Source: Thiocystis violascens
GTDB lineage: Bacteria; Pseudomonadota; Gammaproteobacteria; Chromatiales; Chromatiaceae
Assembly (NCBI GenBank): GCA_020721065.1
Contig: DYNM01000012.1
Span: 15,842-79,841, forward strand
Length of the DNA stretch: 64,000 bases
Direction: 5' to 3'
Under the pieces are notes generated by a model. It searched no databases and was not told the origin of the DNA. It saw only the letters and a program-made list of their open reading frames with translations. This document shows positions 10,294 through 19,701 of the stretch, piece after piece. The translations under genes and the position numbers were made by a program. Numbering within the stretch: position 1 is the stretch's first letter; each line of letters starts with the position of its first letter.

Positions 10294-12195
10294 ATGAATT
10301 CTAAAATTTTGCAAGTTTTTCTGTGGGTTGGCGTCAGCATCTGGCTGGCGATGACGGTCAATAATTTATTTTTCGCCAACAAGCTCGACATCCGTCCGCT
10401 GAGTTACAGCCAGTTTCTGCGCGAAATCAACGACGGCGCGATTCAGGAGGTGACGATTCAGGATCAAACCGTGCTGGGTGTGCGCAGCGACGGCTCGCGC
10501 TTTGAAACTTACGATCCGGGCGATCCCGGCTTGGTCAGCGACCTGCTCAAACACGGCGTCACCATTCGCGCCGAGCCACCTGCCGAGCCGGGCGTGATCA
10601 TGCAGCTGCTCGCAGCGTGGCTGCCGTTCATCGTGCTGGCGGGAGTGTGGATTTGGCTACTGCGGCGCGGTGGCGCGGGTGGCGGCGGCGGACTGTTTAA
10701 TTTCGGCAAAAGTCGCGCCCGTCAACACGCGGAAGGTGATGTCAAGGTGACGCTGCGCGATGTCGCCGGTGTGGATGAGGCGAAGGAGGAAGTCGGCGAA
10801 TTGGTTGATTTTCTGCGCAGCCCGCAAAAATTCACCAATCTCGGCGGACGCATTCCGCGTGGCGTGTTGATGGTCGGGCCGCCTGGCACGGGTAAAACGC
10901 TGCTGGCGCGAGCAATTGCGGGTGAGGCGAAGGTGCCGTTTTTCAGCATTTCCGGCTCCGATTTCGTGGAAATGTTTGTCGGCGTGGGCGCGTCACGGGT
11001 GCGCGATCTGTTTGAACAAGCCAAGAAAAGTGCGCCGTGCATCATTTTTATTGATGAGATCGACGCAGTTGGGCGCAAACGCGGTGCTGGTCTCGGCGGC
11101 GGTCACGATGAACGCGAGCAGACCTTGAATCAGTTGCTGGTGGAAATGGACGGCTTTACCGGCAACGAGGGCGTGATCGTGATTGCGGCGACCAATCGCT
11201 CCGATGTGCTTGATCCGGCGCTGCTGCGCCCGGGACGCTTTGATCGGCAGGTGGTGGTGGGCTTGCCGGATTTGGCGGGACGGGCGGCAATTCTGGAGGT
11301 TCACATGCGCAAGGTGCCGCTGGCAGCGGATGTGGATGCCAAAACGATTGCGCGGGGAACGCCGGGCTTTTCGGGCGCTGATCTCGCCAATTTAGTCAAT
11401 GAAGCGGCGTTATTTGCGGCGCGAAGTGATGAGTCAGAAGTGTCGATGGCATTGTTTGAAAAGGCAAAAGACAAAATTATGATGGGCGCGGAGCGGCGCA
11501 GTCTGGTGATGTCGGAAGCGGAGCGCAAGCTGACTGCGTATCACGAGGCGGGGCATGTGATCGTCGGGCGCTCGGTGCCAGAACACGATCCGGTGCATAA
11601 AGTCAGCATTATTCCGCGTGGGCGGGCGCTGGGCGTGACGTTGTTTTTGCCGGAGCGCGACCGTTACAGCATGAGCAAGCGCCAGCTCGAAAGTCAGATT
11701 TCCAGCTTATTTGGCGGGCGGTTGGCGGAAGAGATGATTTTTGGGGTGGAGCAGGTCACGACCGGCGCATCCAACGACATCGAGCGAGCAACGGAAATTG
11801 CTCGCAACATGGTGACGCGCTTTGGTTTGTCGGACGGGCTGGGACCGTTGGCGTATGCCGAGGATGAAGGCGAGGTGTTTTTGGGACGCTCGGTGACGCA
11901 GCATCGGCATGTGTCGCCAGAAACGGCGCTGACGATAGACAAGGAAGTGCGAATCATCATTGACCGTAACTATCAGCGGGCACAGCAGATTTTGACTGAA
12001 CATCTCGACAAGCTGCACGTCATGGCTGAGGCGCTGCTGCGATTTGAGACCATCGCCCGCGATCAAATCGACGACATCATGGCGGGACGACCGATGCGTG
12101 AGCCAGAAGATGCGTTTGGCGTGGTGCCGCCGAAGTCGGGGAGTGCAGCGCGAGTGGATGGCGCGGCGGTGGCGGCAGATGGAATCACGACATGA
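10294..12195 (+). CDS. ftsH: ATP-dependent zinc metalloprotease FtsH
   Basis: Two N-terminal TM segments, [46 protein letters not shown] zinc motif. Confidence 0.96.
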   Translation: MNSKILQVFLWVGVSIWLAMTVNNLFFANKLDIRPLSYSQFLREINDGAIQEVTIQDQTVLGVRSDGSRFETYDPGDPGLVSDLLKHGVTIRAEPPAEPGVIMQLLAAWLPFIVLAGVWIWLLRRGGAGGGGGLFNFGKSRARQHAEGDVKVTLRDVAGVDEAKEEVGELVDFLRSPQKFTNLGGRIPRGVLMVGPPGTGKTLLARAIAGEAKVPFFSISGSDFVEMFVGVGASRVRDLFEQAKKSAPCIIFIDEIDAVGRKRGAGLGGGHDEREQTLNQLLVEMDGFTGNEGVIVIAATNRSDVLDPALLRPGRFDRQVVVGLPDLAGRAAILEVHMRKVPLAADVDAKTIARGTPGFSGADLANLVNEAALFAARSDESEVSMALFEKAKDKIMMGAERRSLVMSEAERKLTAYHEAGHVIVGRSVPEHDPVHKVSIIPRGRALGVTLFLPERDRYSMSKRQLESQISSLFGGRLAEEMIFGVEQVTTGASNDIERATEIARNMVTRFGLSDGLGPLAYAEDEGEVFLGRSVTQHRHVSPETALTIDKEVRIIIDRNYQRAQQILTEHLDKLHVMAEALLRFETIARDQIDDIMAGRPMREPEDAFGVVPPKSGSAARVDGAAVAADGITT

Positions 12196-12947
12196 CCAAA
12201 CGGGTGCTGATTTTGGGGGGCACAACTGAAGCCTACGCGCTGGCAGCGGCACTTGTGCCGCGTGTTGGTTTGCAGGTGATCACGTCGTTGGCGGGTCGCA
12301 CTGTTGCGCCGCGCCAGCCAGCGGGAGAGCTGCGGGTAGGCGGCTTTGGTGGCGTGCCGGGATTGGTCAGTTATTTGATTGAACAGCGCATTGACGCGGT
12401 GATTGATGCGACCCATCCATTCGCAGCAGGCATGGCGTGGAATGCAGAGGCGGCATGTCGGGAGACGATGTTGCCGCTGCTGCGCTTGGAGCGCCCGGCG
12501 TGGGTGCCGGAGCCAGAAGATCGTTGGGAATTGGTGGAGCATTGGGAACAGGCGTTGGCGGCGTTGGTGCGCGATGGAGCGCAGCGCGTGTTTCTCGCCG
12601 TTGGACGGCAGGAGTTGGCACCTTTTGCGGGAATCGAGCGGCTATGGTTTTTGATTCGCACCGTCACTGCGCCGGAGCCGACGCTGCATTTTCCAGCATC
12701 ACAACTGCTGCTGGCGCGGGGACCGTTTGATCTTGCCAGTGAGCGGGCGCTGCTGGCGGAACATGCGATTGACACCATCGTCTGTAAAAACAGCGGCGGG
12801 ACGGCAACGGCAGCAAAGTTGCTCGCAGCGCGTGAGCGCGGGATGCGCGTCATTTTGCGCCAGCGCCCGTTGCGACCGACGGTGCCGCTGGCAATTACGC
12901 TGGCGGAAGCTGGCGCGTGGTTGGATGAGTTGCTGGCTGATGCGTGA
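12192..12947 (+). CDS. cobK: Precorrin-6A/cobalt-precorrin-6A reductase (CobK/CbiJ)
   Basis: [37 protein letters not shown] motifs; ATGA overlap with ftsH stop. Confidence 0.93.
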   Translation: MTKRVLILGGTTEAYALAAALVPRVGLQVITSLAGRTVAPRQPAGELRVGGFGGVPGLVSYLIEQRIDAVIDATHPFAAGMAWNAEAACRETMLPLLRLERPAWVPEPEDRWELVEHWEQALAALVRDGAQRVFLAVGRQELAPFAGIERLWFLIRTVTAPEPTLHFPASQLLLARGPFDLASERALLAEHAIDTIVCKNSGGTATAAKLLAARERGMRVILRQRPLRPTVPLAITLAEAGAWLDELLADA

Positions 12948-13620
12948 CGACTTACGTCAAGGCACCTTGTTTTCACGGCTGGAGCCGGCGCAATTGACGC
13001 GCATCAGTCGCCATGCCAGCCGCGTGACGTTGGCTGCCGAGCAGTTGTTATTCAGTCAGGGCGAGGCGGCGACGCGGTTTTATTTGCTGCTGGATGGACA
13101 AATGCGGCTCTTTCGTCTGTCTGCCGATGGCGCAGAAAAGGTGATTGAAATCGTCAATCCGGGGCAAACGTTCGCCGAGGCGCTGGTATTTCTCAACGCG
13201 CCGCGCTATCCGGTCTGCGCCGCTGCGTTGCTGCCATCGCGGTTGATCGCCATTGACGGCGCGGATTTTGCGCAGATGCTGCGCGAATCGGTCGACACCT
13301 GTTTTCAACTGCTCGGCGTACTCAGTCAACGCCTGCGCGGGTTGATTGGCGAGATTGACGAGCTGACGCTGCACACCGCCACCAGCCGCGTGGCGCGGTA
13401 TCTGGTCAGCAAACGGACGCCGCCGCAGATGGTGATTGATTTGGACGTGCGGAAAGCGGTACTGGCCTCGCGGCTGTCGGTGCAGCCGGAGACGCTGTCA
13501 CGCGTGATGAAGGCATTGAGTGCGCAGGGCGTGATTCAAGTGCAGGGAACGCAGGTGCAGGTGCTTGATATAAAACAGTTATTGGAACTTGCAGAATTAG
13601 ACCCACCGCTAATCACTTAA
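12940..13620 (+). CDS. Crp/Fnr-family transcription regulator (Dnr/NnrR-like, no FNR Cys cluster)
   Basis: cNMP-binding barrel (LFSQGEAATRFYLLLDGQMRL; PGQTFAEA) plus HTH (LASRLSVQPETLSR). Start moved to ATG 12940, overlapping the cobK stop; the ORF-track extension is spurious. Confidence 0.88.
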   Translation: MRDDLRQGTLFSRLEPAQLTRISRHASRVTLAAEQLLFSQGEAATRFYLLLDGQMRLFRLSADGAEKVIEIVNPGQTFAEALVFLNAPRYPVCAAALLPSRLIAIDGADFAQMLRESVDTCFQLLGVLSQRLRGLIGEIDELTLHTATSRVARYLVSKRTPPQMVIDLDVRKAVLASRLSVQPETLSRVMKALSAQGVIQVQGTQVQVLDIKQLLELAELDPPLIT

Positions 13621-14834
13621 ATCGCTCGTCCCCACACCGCATAAATTGGATCAGATAACGCCATTTGCCCCGCATATTTATCATCATCTGGACGCAACAA
13701 CCCGCGCAAACTGTAGGTTTCCAATTCAGTAAAACCACCAGCGGCAATAAAATACTCCAGCACCAAACCCGGGCGCTCAAACTCGTGAATACCCTCCCAC
13801 AATTGAATCGTTTTGGTGGGAAACCAGCGATTAGAAAATCCAATCACGCATAACCCGCCGGGTTTCAAAACCCGCGCCACTTCGCGCAATATCGCAACGG
13901 GTTCAATTAGATATTCAATTGACAAACTACACATCACCGCATCAAATTGTCCATCTGCAAATGGCAATTGCGGCACCGCATTAAGATCATGTACCACGCG
14001 CTCGGTCAAACGCGAATTAGCGTCCAATTCGACCTGATTTAATCCTAACCCCACCAGCGCCGCCACTTCCAATTCATTCGGCAAATGCGTCTGCCAACTG
14101 CTCATCAAATCAAGCACTTGGCTATTTGGCGCGAGCAATTGCCCATGCAGCGCCGCCAACTCGTTCTGCGCTATTTGATCGAGATGCGCGATCAAGCGTG
14201 GCTGCTCATAAAACGCCAGATCAGGGCGACCATCGCGGCGCACAAACGGCATATCTGACCAAAAATCAGTCGGTTGCTCGCGCCAGCGCGTCTGCATTCC
14301 AGGTCCGTTGTCAGTCAACAACGCAGCAACATCCTGACTGCGACCACCGCGCTGCTCGCCTTGCTCCCACAAGCCAGTAATGGTCACTTGTAAATCAAGC
14401 GGATAACTCGCCAGCGGATGATTCAAGTCGGCATAAAAATCTGTTGGCGTATTCGCATCTGCAATTAAACGAAACGGATGGCGATCTTCCGCAAATAGCG
14501 TAGAAATTTGCTGCAACATGCCGCGTGGATAAAAACGTCCATTGCGTTTTTCAATCCGATTTTTATTACCAAAACGGTGATTAAACTGATTGGGTTTGAG
14601 CTGAAAAAATTGGCGCAAATTTGTCGGTTCAACCAACTCACCGGGCGCAAATGAATAGCAGCGTTGTTCGCCGAGCGCCCGCCCCATTAAATCCTGTTCC
14701 AATTGCGGCGGAAAGAAATCGCGCCACAAATTTAATCGCGCCGTACTAAAACAATCACAGTGTTTTGCAATAGCACTCTGCCAACGTAATTCACAACGCA
14801 GACGCGCTAACGTTTTTTTATCCATTTGCAACAT
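13617..14834 (-). CDS. Class I SAM-dependent methyltransferase with N-terminal FKBP/SlyD-like domain
   Basis: C-terminal VLDLMSSW, LPFADGQFDAV, EVARVLKPGG; N-terminal PPQLEQDLMG and DLNHPLA resemble SlyD-type FKBPs. Confidence 0.75.
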   Translation of the reverse strand: MLQMDKKTLARLRCELRWQSAIAKHCDCFSTARLNLWRDFFPPQLEQDLMGRALGEQRCYSFAPGELVEPTNLRQFFQLKPNQFNHRFGNKNRIEKRNGRFYPRGMLQQISTLFAEDRHPFRLIADANTPTDFYADLNHPLASYPLDLQVTITGLWEQGEQRGGRSQDVAALLTDNGPGMQTRWREQPTDFWSDMPFVRRDGRPDLAFYEQPRLIAHLDQIAQNELAALHGQLLAPNSQVLDLMSSWQTHLPNELEVAALVGLGLNQVELDANSRLTERVVHDLNAVPQLPFADGQFDAVMCSLSIEYLIEPVAILREVARVLKPGGLCVIGFSNRWFPTKTIQLWEGIHEFERPGLVLEYFIAAGGFTELETYSLRGLLRPDDDKYAGQMALSDPIYAVWGRAI

Positions 14835-14835
14835 A

Positions 14836-15117
14836 TTAAAGACTCTCGCTCTCTGTCCACAGCGGATTAGCCTGCACTTCTATTGCTTTTCCTTTTAGGA
14901 TGCGTTCAACGGTTGACGCATTGCGCACTAAATAAAAAGTGAGTTCATCCATGCCGGTCTCAGACAACTCTTGCCCAATTCCTTCAGCGCGGAGCAATTG
15001 TGCCAAGCGTTCGGCATTGTCTAACATGCGATCAAATGCGTCAGCCGCTTTTTTATCTTGAGTGCGCAAGCGTTCAGCTCCGTGATGATCTTTCACAATA
15101 TATTCAATTTCAATCAT
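14836..15117 (-). CDS. YebG-family protein
   Basis: IEYIV...DKKAADAFDRMLDNAERL matches the YebG pattern (VxYVV...KKEADAYDKMLD). Confidence 0.7.
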   Translation of the reverse strand: MIEIEYIVKDHHGAERLRTQDKKAADAFDRMLDNAERLAQLLRAEGIGQELSETGMDELTFYLVRNASTVERILKGKAIEVQANPLWTESESL

Positions 15118-15562
15118 GTGATGCGTCTTTTAAGTGGTCAGTTGACAATGGCGCTGCGGGCGTTAATAACGCCAGATCGCGGACATTTTTTTGTACCGCA
15201 ACCGCAGCAAATAGGCTTAATACAAACGACATGGCATAAAAGCCTTTTTCACTCGGTGCCAGCGTTGCATTCCATAACCCAACGGCTAATAACAAAATCG
15301 ACATTCCCAATGATAGCCAACATAAACCGAAATATAAGCCGGTGACAGGAATGCCTTCGAGCCGGTCGCGTACTGATTTTTGTAAAGAAACAGCGGCAAA
15401 TAAACCATATAACAATAACGTGAGATAATAGCCTTTTTCATTCAGCGGCATTGCCGCATTCCATAATCCCGCCAAATAAGTCAATGCGCCAATGAATAGC
15501 GCCAGCCACGATGCGCCAATAAAAGCGCCAGTCGGTCGTGCAGTTGCTGTGGGTAGGTTCAT
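15110..15562 (-). CDS. yiaA: Inner membrane protein YiaA (two YiaAB repeats)
   Basis: GLWNAAMPLNEKGYY...SLQKSVRD and GLWNATLAPSEKGFY...AVQKNVRD. Confidence 0.88.
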   Translation of the reverse strand: MNLPTATARPTGAFIGASWLALFIGALTYLAGLWNAAMPLNEKGYYLTLLLYGLFAAVSLQKSVRDRLEGIPVTGLYFGLCWLSLGMSILLLAVGLWNATLAPSEKGFYAMSFVLSLFAAVAVQKNVRDLALLTPAAPLSTDHLKDASHD

Positions 15563-15573
15563 TGCTGGTGCTC
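15529..15573. repeat. 45-bp direct repeat, copy 1 (yiaA start region)
   Basis: CAGTCGGTCGTGCAGTTGCTGTGGGTAGGTTCATTGC-TGGT-GCTC; the first 37 bp are identical to 16157-16193. Confidence 0.95.
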
Positions 15574-15594
15574 TTGTGATAAATAGCAGTCAGT

Positions 15595-15825
15595 TTAGCG
15601 ACTGGTAAGGCGAGTTGACACCTCGGCTATTTCTAGCAGATAGCGAAGGGCTTTATTGACCGCTTCATCGGTTGGAAATGCCCGCGCAATATCTGGTTCA
15701 AGTAAAACAACATTAGATTCATTTTTAACACGATCTGCATATTTACCGCGAACAAGCTCACCAAAATCAGATCGTTTATACTCAGGTCGAAGCTCATCTG
15801 CTATTTCTGCGTTAACCTTCTTCAT
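15595..15825 (-). CDS. Putative antitoxin paired with BrnT
   Basis: DELRPEY...RGKY...VLLEPDIARAFPTDEAVNKALR, a pattern typical of BrnT partners; overlaps the brnT stop. Confidence 0.78.
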   Translation of the reverse strand: MKKVNAEIADELRPEYKRSDFGELVRGKYADRVKNESNVVLLEPDIARAFPTDEAVNKALRYLLEIAEVSTRLTSR

Positions 15826-16084
15826 AAATTCGCCTTTCAATGTGTGTGGCTATTCGTGCGGATATAATACGAATGGCATTTTCTCGATCTGTGTGCGACA
15901 CAGCAAGCAAGCGACCTTTAGAAGAAAAGCCAAAGGTTACAAACCGATCCTCTTCTTCCGAATGGTCTGGATCACGACCAGTCATTGAAAGCCGATCACG
16001 CAAAGCACTGGATGCTTCCTCGAAGGTCACTCCGTGTTTGCGCTGATTGACTTTCGCCTTTTTTGGATCCCATTCAAAGCTCAT
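15812..16084 (-). CDS. brnT: BrnT-family ribonuclease toxin (DUF497)
   Basis: FEWDPKKAKVNQRKHGVTFEEA...DHSEEEDRF...IRIISAR. Confidence 0.92.
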   Translation of the reverse strand: MSFEWDPKKAKVNQRKHGVTFEEASSALRDRLSMTGRDPDHSEEEDRFVTFGFSSKGRLLAVSHTDRENAIRIISARIATHIERRIYEEG

Positions 16085-16156
16085 AAATTCATCAGATGCG
16101 ATTACTTTATTAAGACAAAATATAAATCTACAATCCAGTCAATAATCAAGTTTTTT

Positions 16157-16201
16157 CAGTCGGTCGTGCAGTTGCTGTGGGTAGGTTCATTGCACCAGCT
16201 C
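16157..16201. repeat. 45-bp direct repeat, copy 2 (truncated yiaA 5' end, 14-codon mini-ORF 16190->16146)
   Basis: Same sequence as 15529-15573 except ACCA for TGGT; the minus strand reads MNLPTATARPTEKT*. Confidence 0.93.
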
Positions 16202-16202
16202 C

Positions 16203-16231
16203 GCGTCACACTGCAATTGACAGTGTGACGC
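16203..16231. terminator. Perfect 11-bp hairpin after cydX (possible terminator or processing site)
   Basis: GCGTCACACTG-CAATTGA-CAGTGTGACGC; no U-tract on the minus strand, so the function is uncertain. Confidence 0.5.
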
Positions 16232-16244
16232 TTAATAATTGCTG

Positions 16245-16370
16245 TTAATGCGGGGTTTGATCGTCGTTGGCAGCGCCATTAGCACATTGTTCTGATTCGT
16301 ACCACATGACGTTAATGATGCCGAATGCCAGCGCCAATAACACACCTAATAACCAAGCGAAATACCACAT
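16245..16370 (-). CDS. cydX: Cytochrome bd-I small subunit CydX (41 aa)
   Basis: Hand translation MWYFAWLLGVLLALAFGIINVMWYESEQCANGAANDDQTPH*; canonical MWYFAW start directly after cydB. Below the ORF-track cutoff. Confidence 0.92.
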   Translation of the reverse strand: MWYFAWLLGVLLALAFGIINVMWYESEQCANGAANDDQTPH

Positions 16371-16450
16371 TGTTTGCTTCCTCTGTGTTGTGCAGAATGC
16401 GTTTTGACGCTAAAACGCAATTGATGCCTTGCAGCACCAATTGCGCTGTT

Positions 16451-17593
16451 TTAATACGCGAGATGATCCTGCGCTTGGATTTCTTCCACCGTGACGCGCC
16501 GCCACATCATCACATAAGTCCAAGTGGTATACAGTAAAATCAATGGAATAAAGATCACCGCTGCCCAAAACATCACGCTTAGGGTTAAATGACTCGATAC
16601 CGCATCCCATGCAATTAAACTGCTATTCGGATGTGTCGTTGAAGGCATAATGAATGGGAACATCGCTGCACCCGCTGTCATAATAATCCCAGTTAATCCC
16701 AAACTACTGGCAACTAACCCCCAACCCGGGCGGTTATTTAATGAACCGACAATGCTTAATCCTAAACCCGCAAATCCCAATAATGGGAATAGCAGCGTTA
16801 ATGGATAAGTGCCGTAGTTTGATAACCACGCATGAGCTTCTTGTATCACTTCTTTGGTTAAAGGATTGGGCGTGGCATTCGGAATGTGCTCGGATACGAC
16901 GCGGAATCCGTCAATGCCGGTTGCTAACCAGATGCCAGCCAATGCGAAGGCAGCGATGGTGGCTAATCCAATCTGTTTGGTGACGGCTTTTGCGCGTTCG
17001 GCAATTGGTTCAGCGGTGCGTAATTGCAGCCAAATTGCGCCGTGCAAAGTTAGCATTCCCAAGCTAATAAAACCGGCCAAAAGTGCGAATGGATTGAGTA
17101 AGCCTAAAAAGCTGCCGCTGTAATACGGACGTAGGAAATCATCGAGATGAAACGGGACGCCTTGCAATAAATTACCGAATGCAATCCCGAATACCAGCGC
17201 AGGAACTGCGCCACCAATGAATAAGCCCCAATCCCACGCATTGCGCCAAGTTTTGTTGGCGATTTTGCTGCGATAATCAAATCCGACCGGGCGGAAAAAT
17301 AACCCGAATAACGCCAATAACATGGCGAAATAAAAGCCAGAAAATGCTGCGGCATACACCAGCGGCCACGCTGCGAAAATCGCGCCGCCAGCGGTAATTA
17401 ACCACACCTGATTGCCGTCCCAATGCGGGCCGATGGTGTTAATGATGACGCGGCGTTCGTCGTCGGTTTTGCCCAAAAATGGCAGCAAGGTGCCGACGCC
17501 CATGTCCATGCCGTCGGTGACGGCAAAACCAATTAGCAGAATGCCGACTAAAAGCCACCACACTACTTTCAGCGTTTCATAATCGAGAATCAT
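16451..17593 (-). CDS. cydB: Cytochrome bd ubiquinol oxidase subunit II
   Basis: DGMDMGVG, GPHWDGNQVWLI, RPVGFDYRSK, FPFIMPS. Confidence 0.97.
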   Translation of the reverse strand: MILDYETLKVVWWLLVGILLIGFAVTDGMDMGVGTLLPFLGKTDDERRVIINTIGPHWDGNQVWLITAGGAIFAAWPLVYAAAFSGFYFAMLLALFGLFFRPVGFDYRSKIANKTWRNAWDWGLFIGGAVPALVFGIAFGNLLQGVPFHLDDFLRPYYSGSFLGLLNPFALLAGFISLGMLTLHGAIWLQLRTAEPIAERAKAVTKQIGLATIAAFALAGIWLATGIDGFRVVSEHIPNATPNPLTKEVIQEAHAWLSNYGTYPLTLLFPLLGFAGLGLSIVGSLNNRPGWGLVASSLGLTGIIMTAGAAMFPFIMPSTTHPNSSLIAWDAVSSHLTLSVMFWAAVIFIPLILLYTTWTYVMMWRRVTVEEIQAQDHLAY

Positions 17594-17607
17594 CGTTGGT
17601 ACTCCGG

Positions 17608-19209
17608 CTATTCAACTGGTTTCTGCGGCGCAGTCGCTGGCGTCATCCCGCCGGCGTGACCGCTCTGTTCGTGGTGATAGCGCCCGGTGTGGAGCGAACT
17701 TGGCCCCAGCCGCGCAAACTTCACCATCAGGAACATTTCGATGATAAACAACGTGGTATAGAAGATGAGGAACCCGGACATGCTGATGATGAGGTCGTTC
17801 GCAGTCAGGCTAGAAGCGGCGATGCTGGTCGGCAGCACCTCACCAATCGCCCACGGTTGGCGGCCGAATTCGGCGACAAACCAGCCAGTTTCCACCGCGA
17901 TCCACGGCATCGGAATACTGAATAAAAACAGCCACAGCAGCCAGCGTTGCTGTTGAATCACGCGCTTGGCGTTGAAATAAAATCCCAACACCAGCAGCAG
18001 CAACATCCACACGCCCGCGCCCACCATCACGCGAAATGCCCAGAAAATCGGCGCGACTTCGGGAATCGAATCTTTGACCGCCAGTTGGATTTGCTCCTCG
18101 CTGGCCTGCGCCGGATTCTCGACATAGGTTTTGAGCAGCAGCCCGTAGCCCAAATCCGCCTTGTGCTGTTCAAACGCGGTGCGATTCTCCGGCGTGTCTG
18201 CGCCGCCGCGCAGCAGTTCCAAATACTCGTACGCAATCATGCCGTTACGAATCCGCACCTCGTGCTCCGCCATCAAATCCTTCAAACCTTTGACTTCGGT
18301 GTCGAGCGAGCGCGTGGCGATCAAACCCAGCAGCCACGGGATTTTGATCGCGTCGTGGGTTTCTTGATCGGTGTTATTGGGATTGCCGTACACGGTGAAC
18401 GCCGCTGGCGCGGGTTCGGTTTCCCATTCCGCTTCAATCGCCGCCAATTTCACCCGTTGAATGTCGCCGACCTCATAACCGGACTCATCGCCGAGCAAAA
18501 TCACCGACAAAATCGACGCCATGCCAAAGCCAACGGCGACGGAAAACGAGCGTTTGGCAAACGCCAAATCACGCCCTTTCAACATGTACCACGCGCTGAT
18601 GCCGAGCACGAACATTGACGCAGTGACATAACCGGCAGCGACGGTGTGGACGAATTTGACCTGCGCGACCGGATTGGTGACCAATTCGGCAAAGCTGGTC
18701 ATTTCCATACGCATGGTTTCAAAGCTGAATTCTGCGCCGACCGGATTTTGCATCCAGCCGTTGGCGATCAAAATCCACAGCGCCGACAGGTTGGAGCCGA
18801 ACGCCATTAAAAAGGTGACGCCCAGATGCTGGCGCTTGCTCAGGCGTTCCCAGCCGAGGAAAAACAAGCCGATGAAGGTCGATTCCAAAAAGAACGCCAT
18901 CAAGCCCTCAATTGCCAGCGGAGCGCCAAACACGTCGCCAACATAATGGCTGTAATACGCCCAATTGGTGCCGAATTGGAATTCCATCGTTAAGCCGGTG
19001 GTGACACCGAGCGCGAAGTTAATTCCGAATAATTTGCCCCAAAACTTGACCATATCGCGGTAAATCTCGCGCCCAGTCATCACATACACGCTTTCCATGA
19101 TGACCAAAATCCACGACAAACCGAGCGTCAGCGGAACAAACAAAAAGTGATACAACGCAGTGCTGGCGAACTGCCAGCGTGCGAGTTCAACCATGGAGCT
19201 ATCGAGCAT
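17608..19209 (-). CDS. cydA: Cytochrome bd ubiquinol oxidase subunit I (long Q-loop)
   Basis: RWQF...[35 protein letters not shown] upstream. Confidence 0.97.
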   Translation of the reverse strand: MLDSSMVELARWQFASTALYHFLFVPLTLGLSWILVIMESVYVMTGREIYRDMVKFWGKLFGINFALGVTTGLTMEFQFGTNWAYYSHYVGDVFGAPLAIEGLMAFFLESTFIGLFFLGWERLSKRQHLGVTFLMAFGSNLSALWILIANGWMQNPVGAEFSFETMRMEMTSFAELVTNPVAQVKFVHTVAAGYVTASMFVLGISAWYMLKGRDLAFAKRSFSVAVGFGMASILSVILLGDESGYEVGDIQRVKLAAIEAEWETEPAPAAFTVYGNPNNTDQETHDAIKIPWLLGLIATRSLDTEVKGLKDLMAEHEVRIRNGMIAYEYLELLRGGADTPENRTAFEQHKADLGYGLLLKTYVENPAQASEEQIQLAVKDSIPEVAPIFWAFRVMVGAGVWMLLLLVLGFYFNAKRVIQQQRWLLWLFLFSIPMPWIAVETGWFVAEFGRQPWAIGEVLPTSIAASSLTANDLIISMSGFLIFYTTLFIIEMFLMVKFARLGPSSLHTGRYHHEQSGHAGGMTPATAPQKPVE

Positions 19210-19701
19210 GAGCCAGTCTCCTTATTTACAATGAAATCAAGCAATAAACGCACTTCTGAGCTGACGGCAGCGCACGCGCTAGAGTCGGAACGCTCGTCAC
19301 CCGTAACGCATATTGGTACGACAGATCAGCGGTGAAAGGGATTGCGCTGCTGTCTGGCGCAATCATATCAGGAAGGGCTGCGTCCCCCCGATTTTAAGCG
19401 ACAAATAGCGAATAAACTACTGATTTTTATAAAATAGTTGGCGCTTATTGATGACTGATGGGCAAGTGACTGTAAGCAAATCAGGTGTTTAGAAAAAAAC
19501 AAGGACACGCGGAACGCCGGGAATAAAATTAACATCAAGCAGCGCCCGTTGTTTTAGCAAAAACTGATAAACTAATGCAGTGTACGATCACCGCTAACCG
19601 CCCGTGCTGACAGTGCTTTTTTTAATGTTAAGCCTCATTAAAATTCACCGCTTGATCATGCTTAAATCCACTGCACTTGCTTTTTAACAGCAAGGTTTTA
19701 T

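Noticed and set aside
12727-12939. N-terminal extension of the Crp/Fnr ORF in the ORF track
   Set aside because: It overlaps cobK in another frame with no domain similarity; the cNMP domain starts after ATG 12940.
14836-16200. LexA box expected upstream of yebG/yiaA
   Set aside because: No CTGT-N8-ACAG match was found by eye.
19210-19701. FNR box or riboswitch in the long cydA/MCP divergent intergenic region
   Set aside because: The best FNR-like site (TTGATcatgCTTAA near 19652) has two mismatches, and no recognisable riboswitch core was seen.
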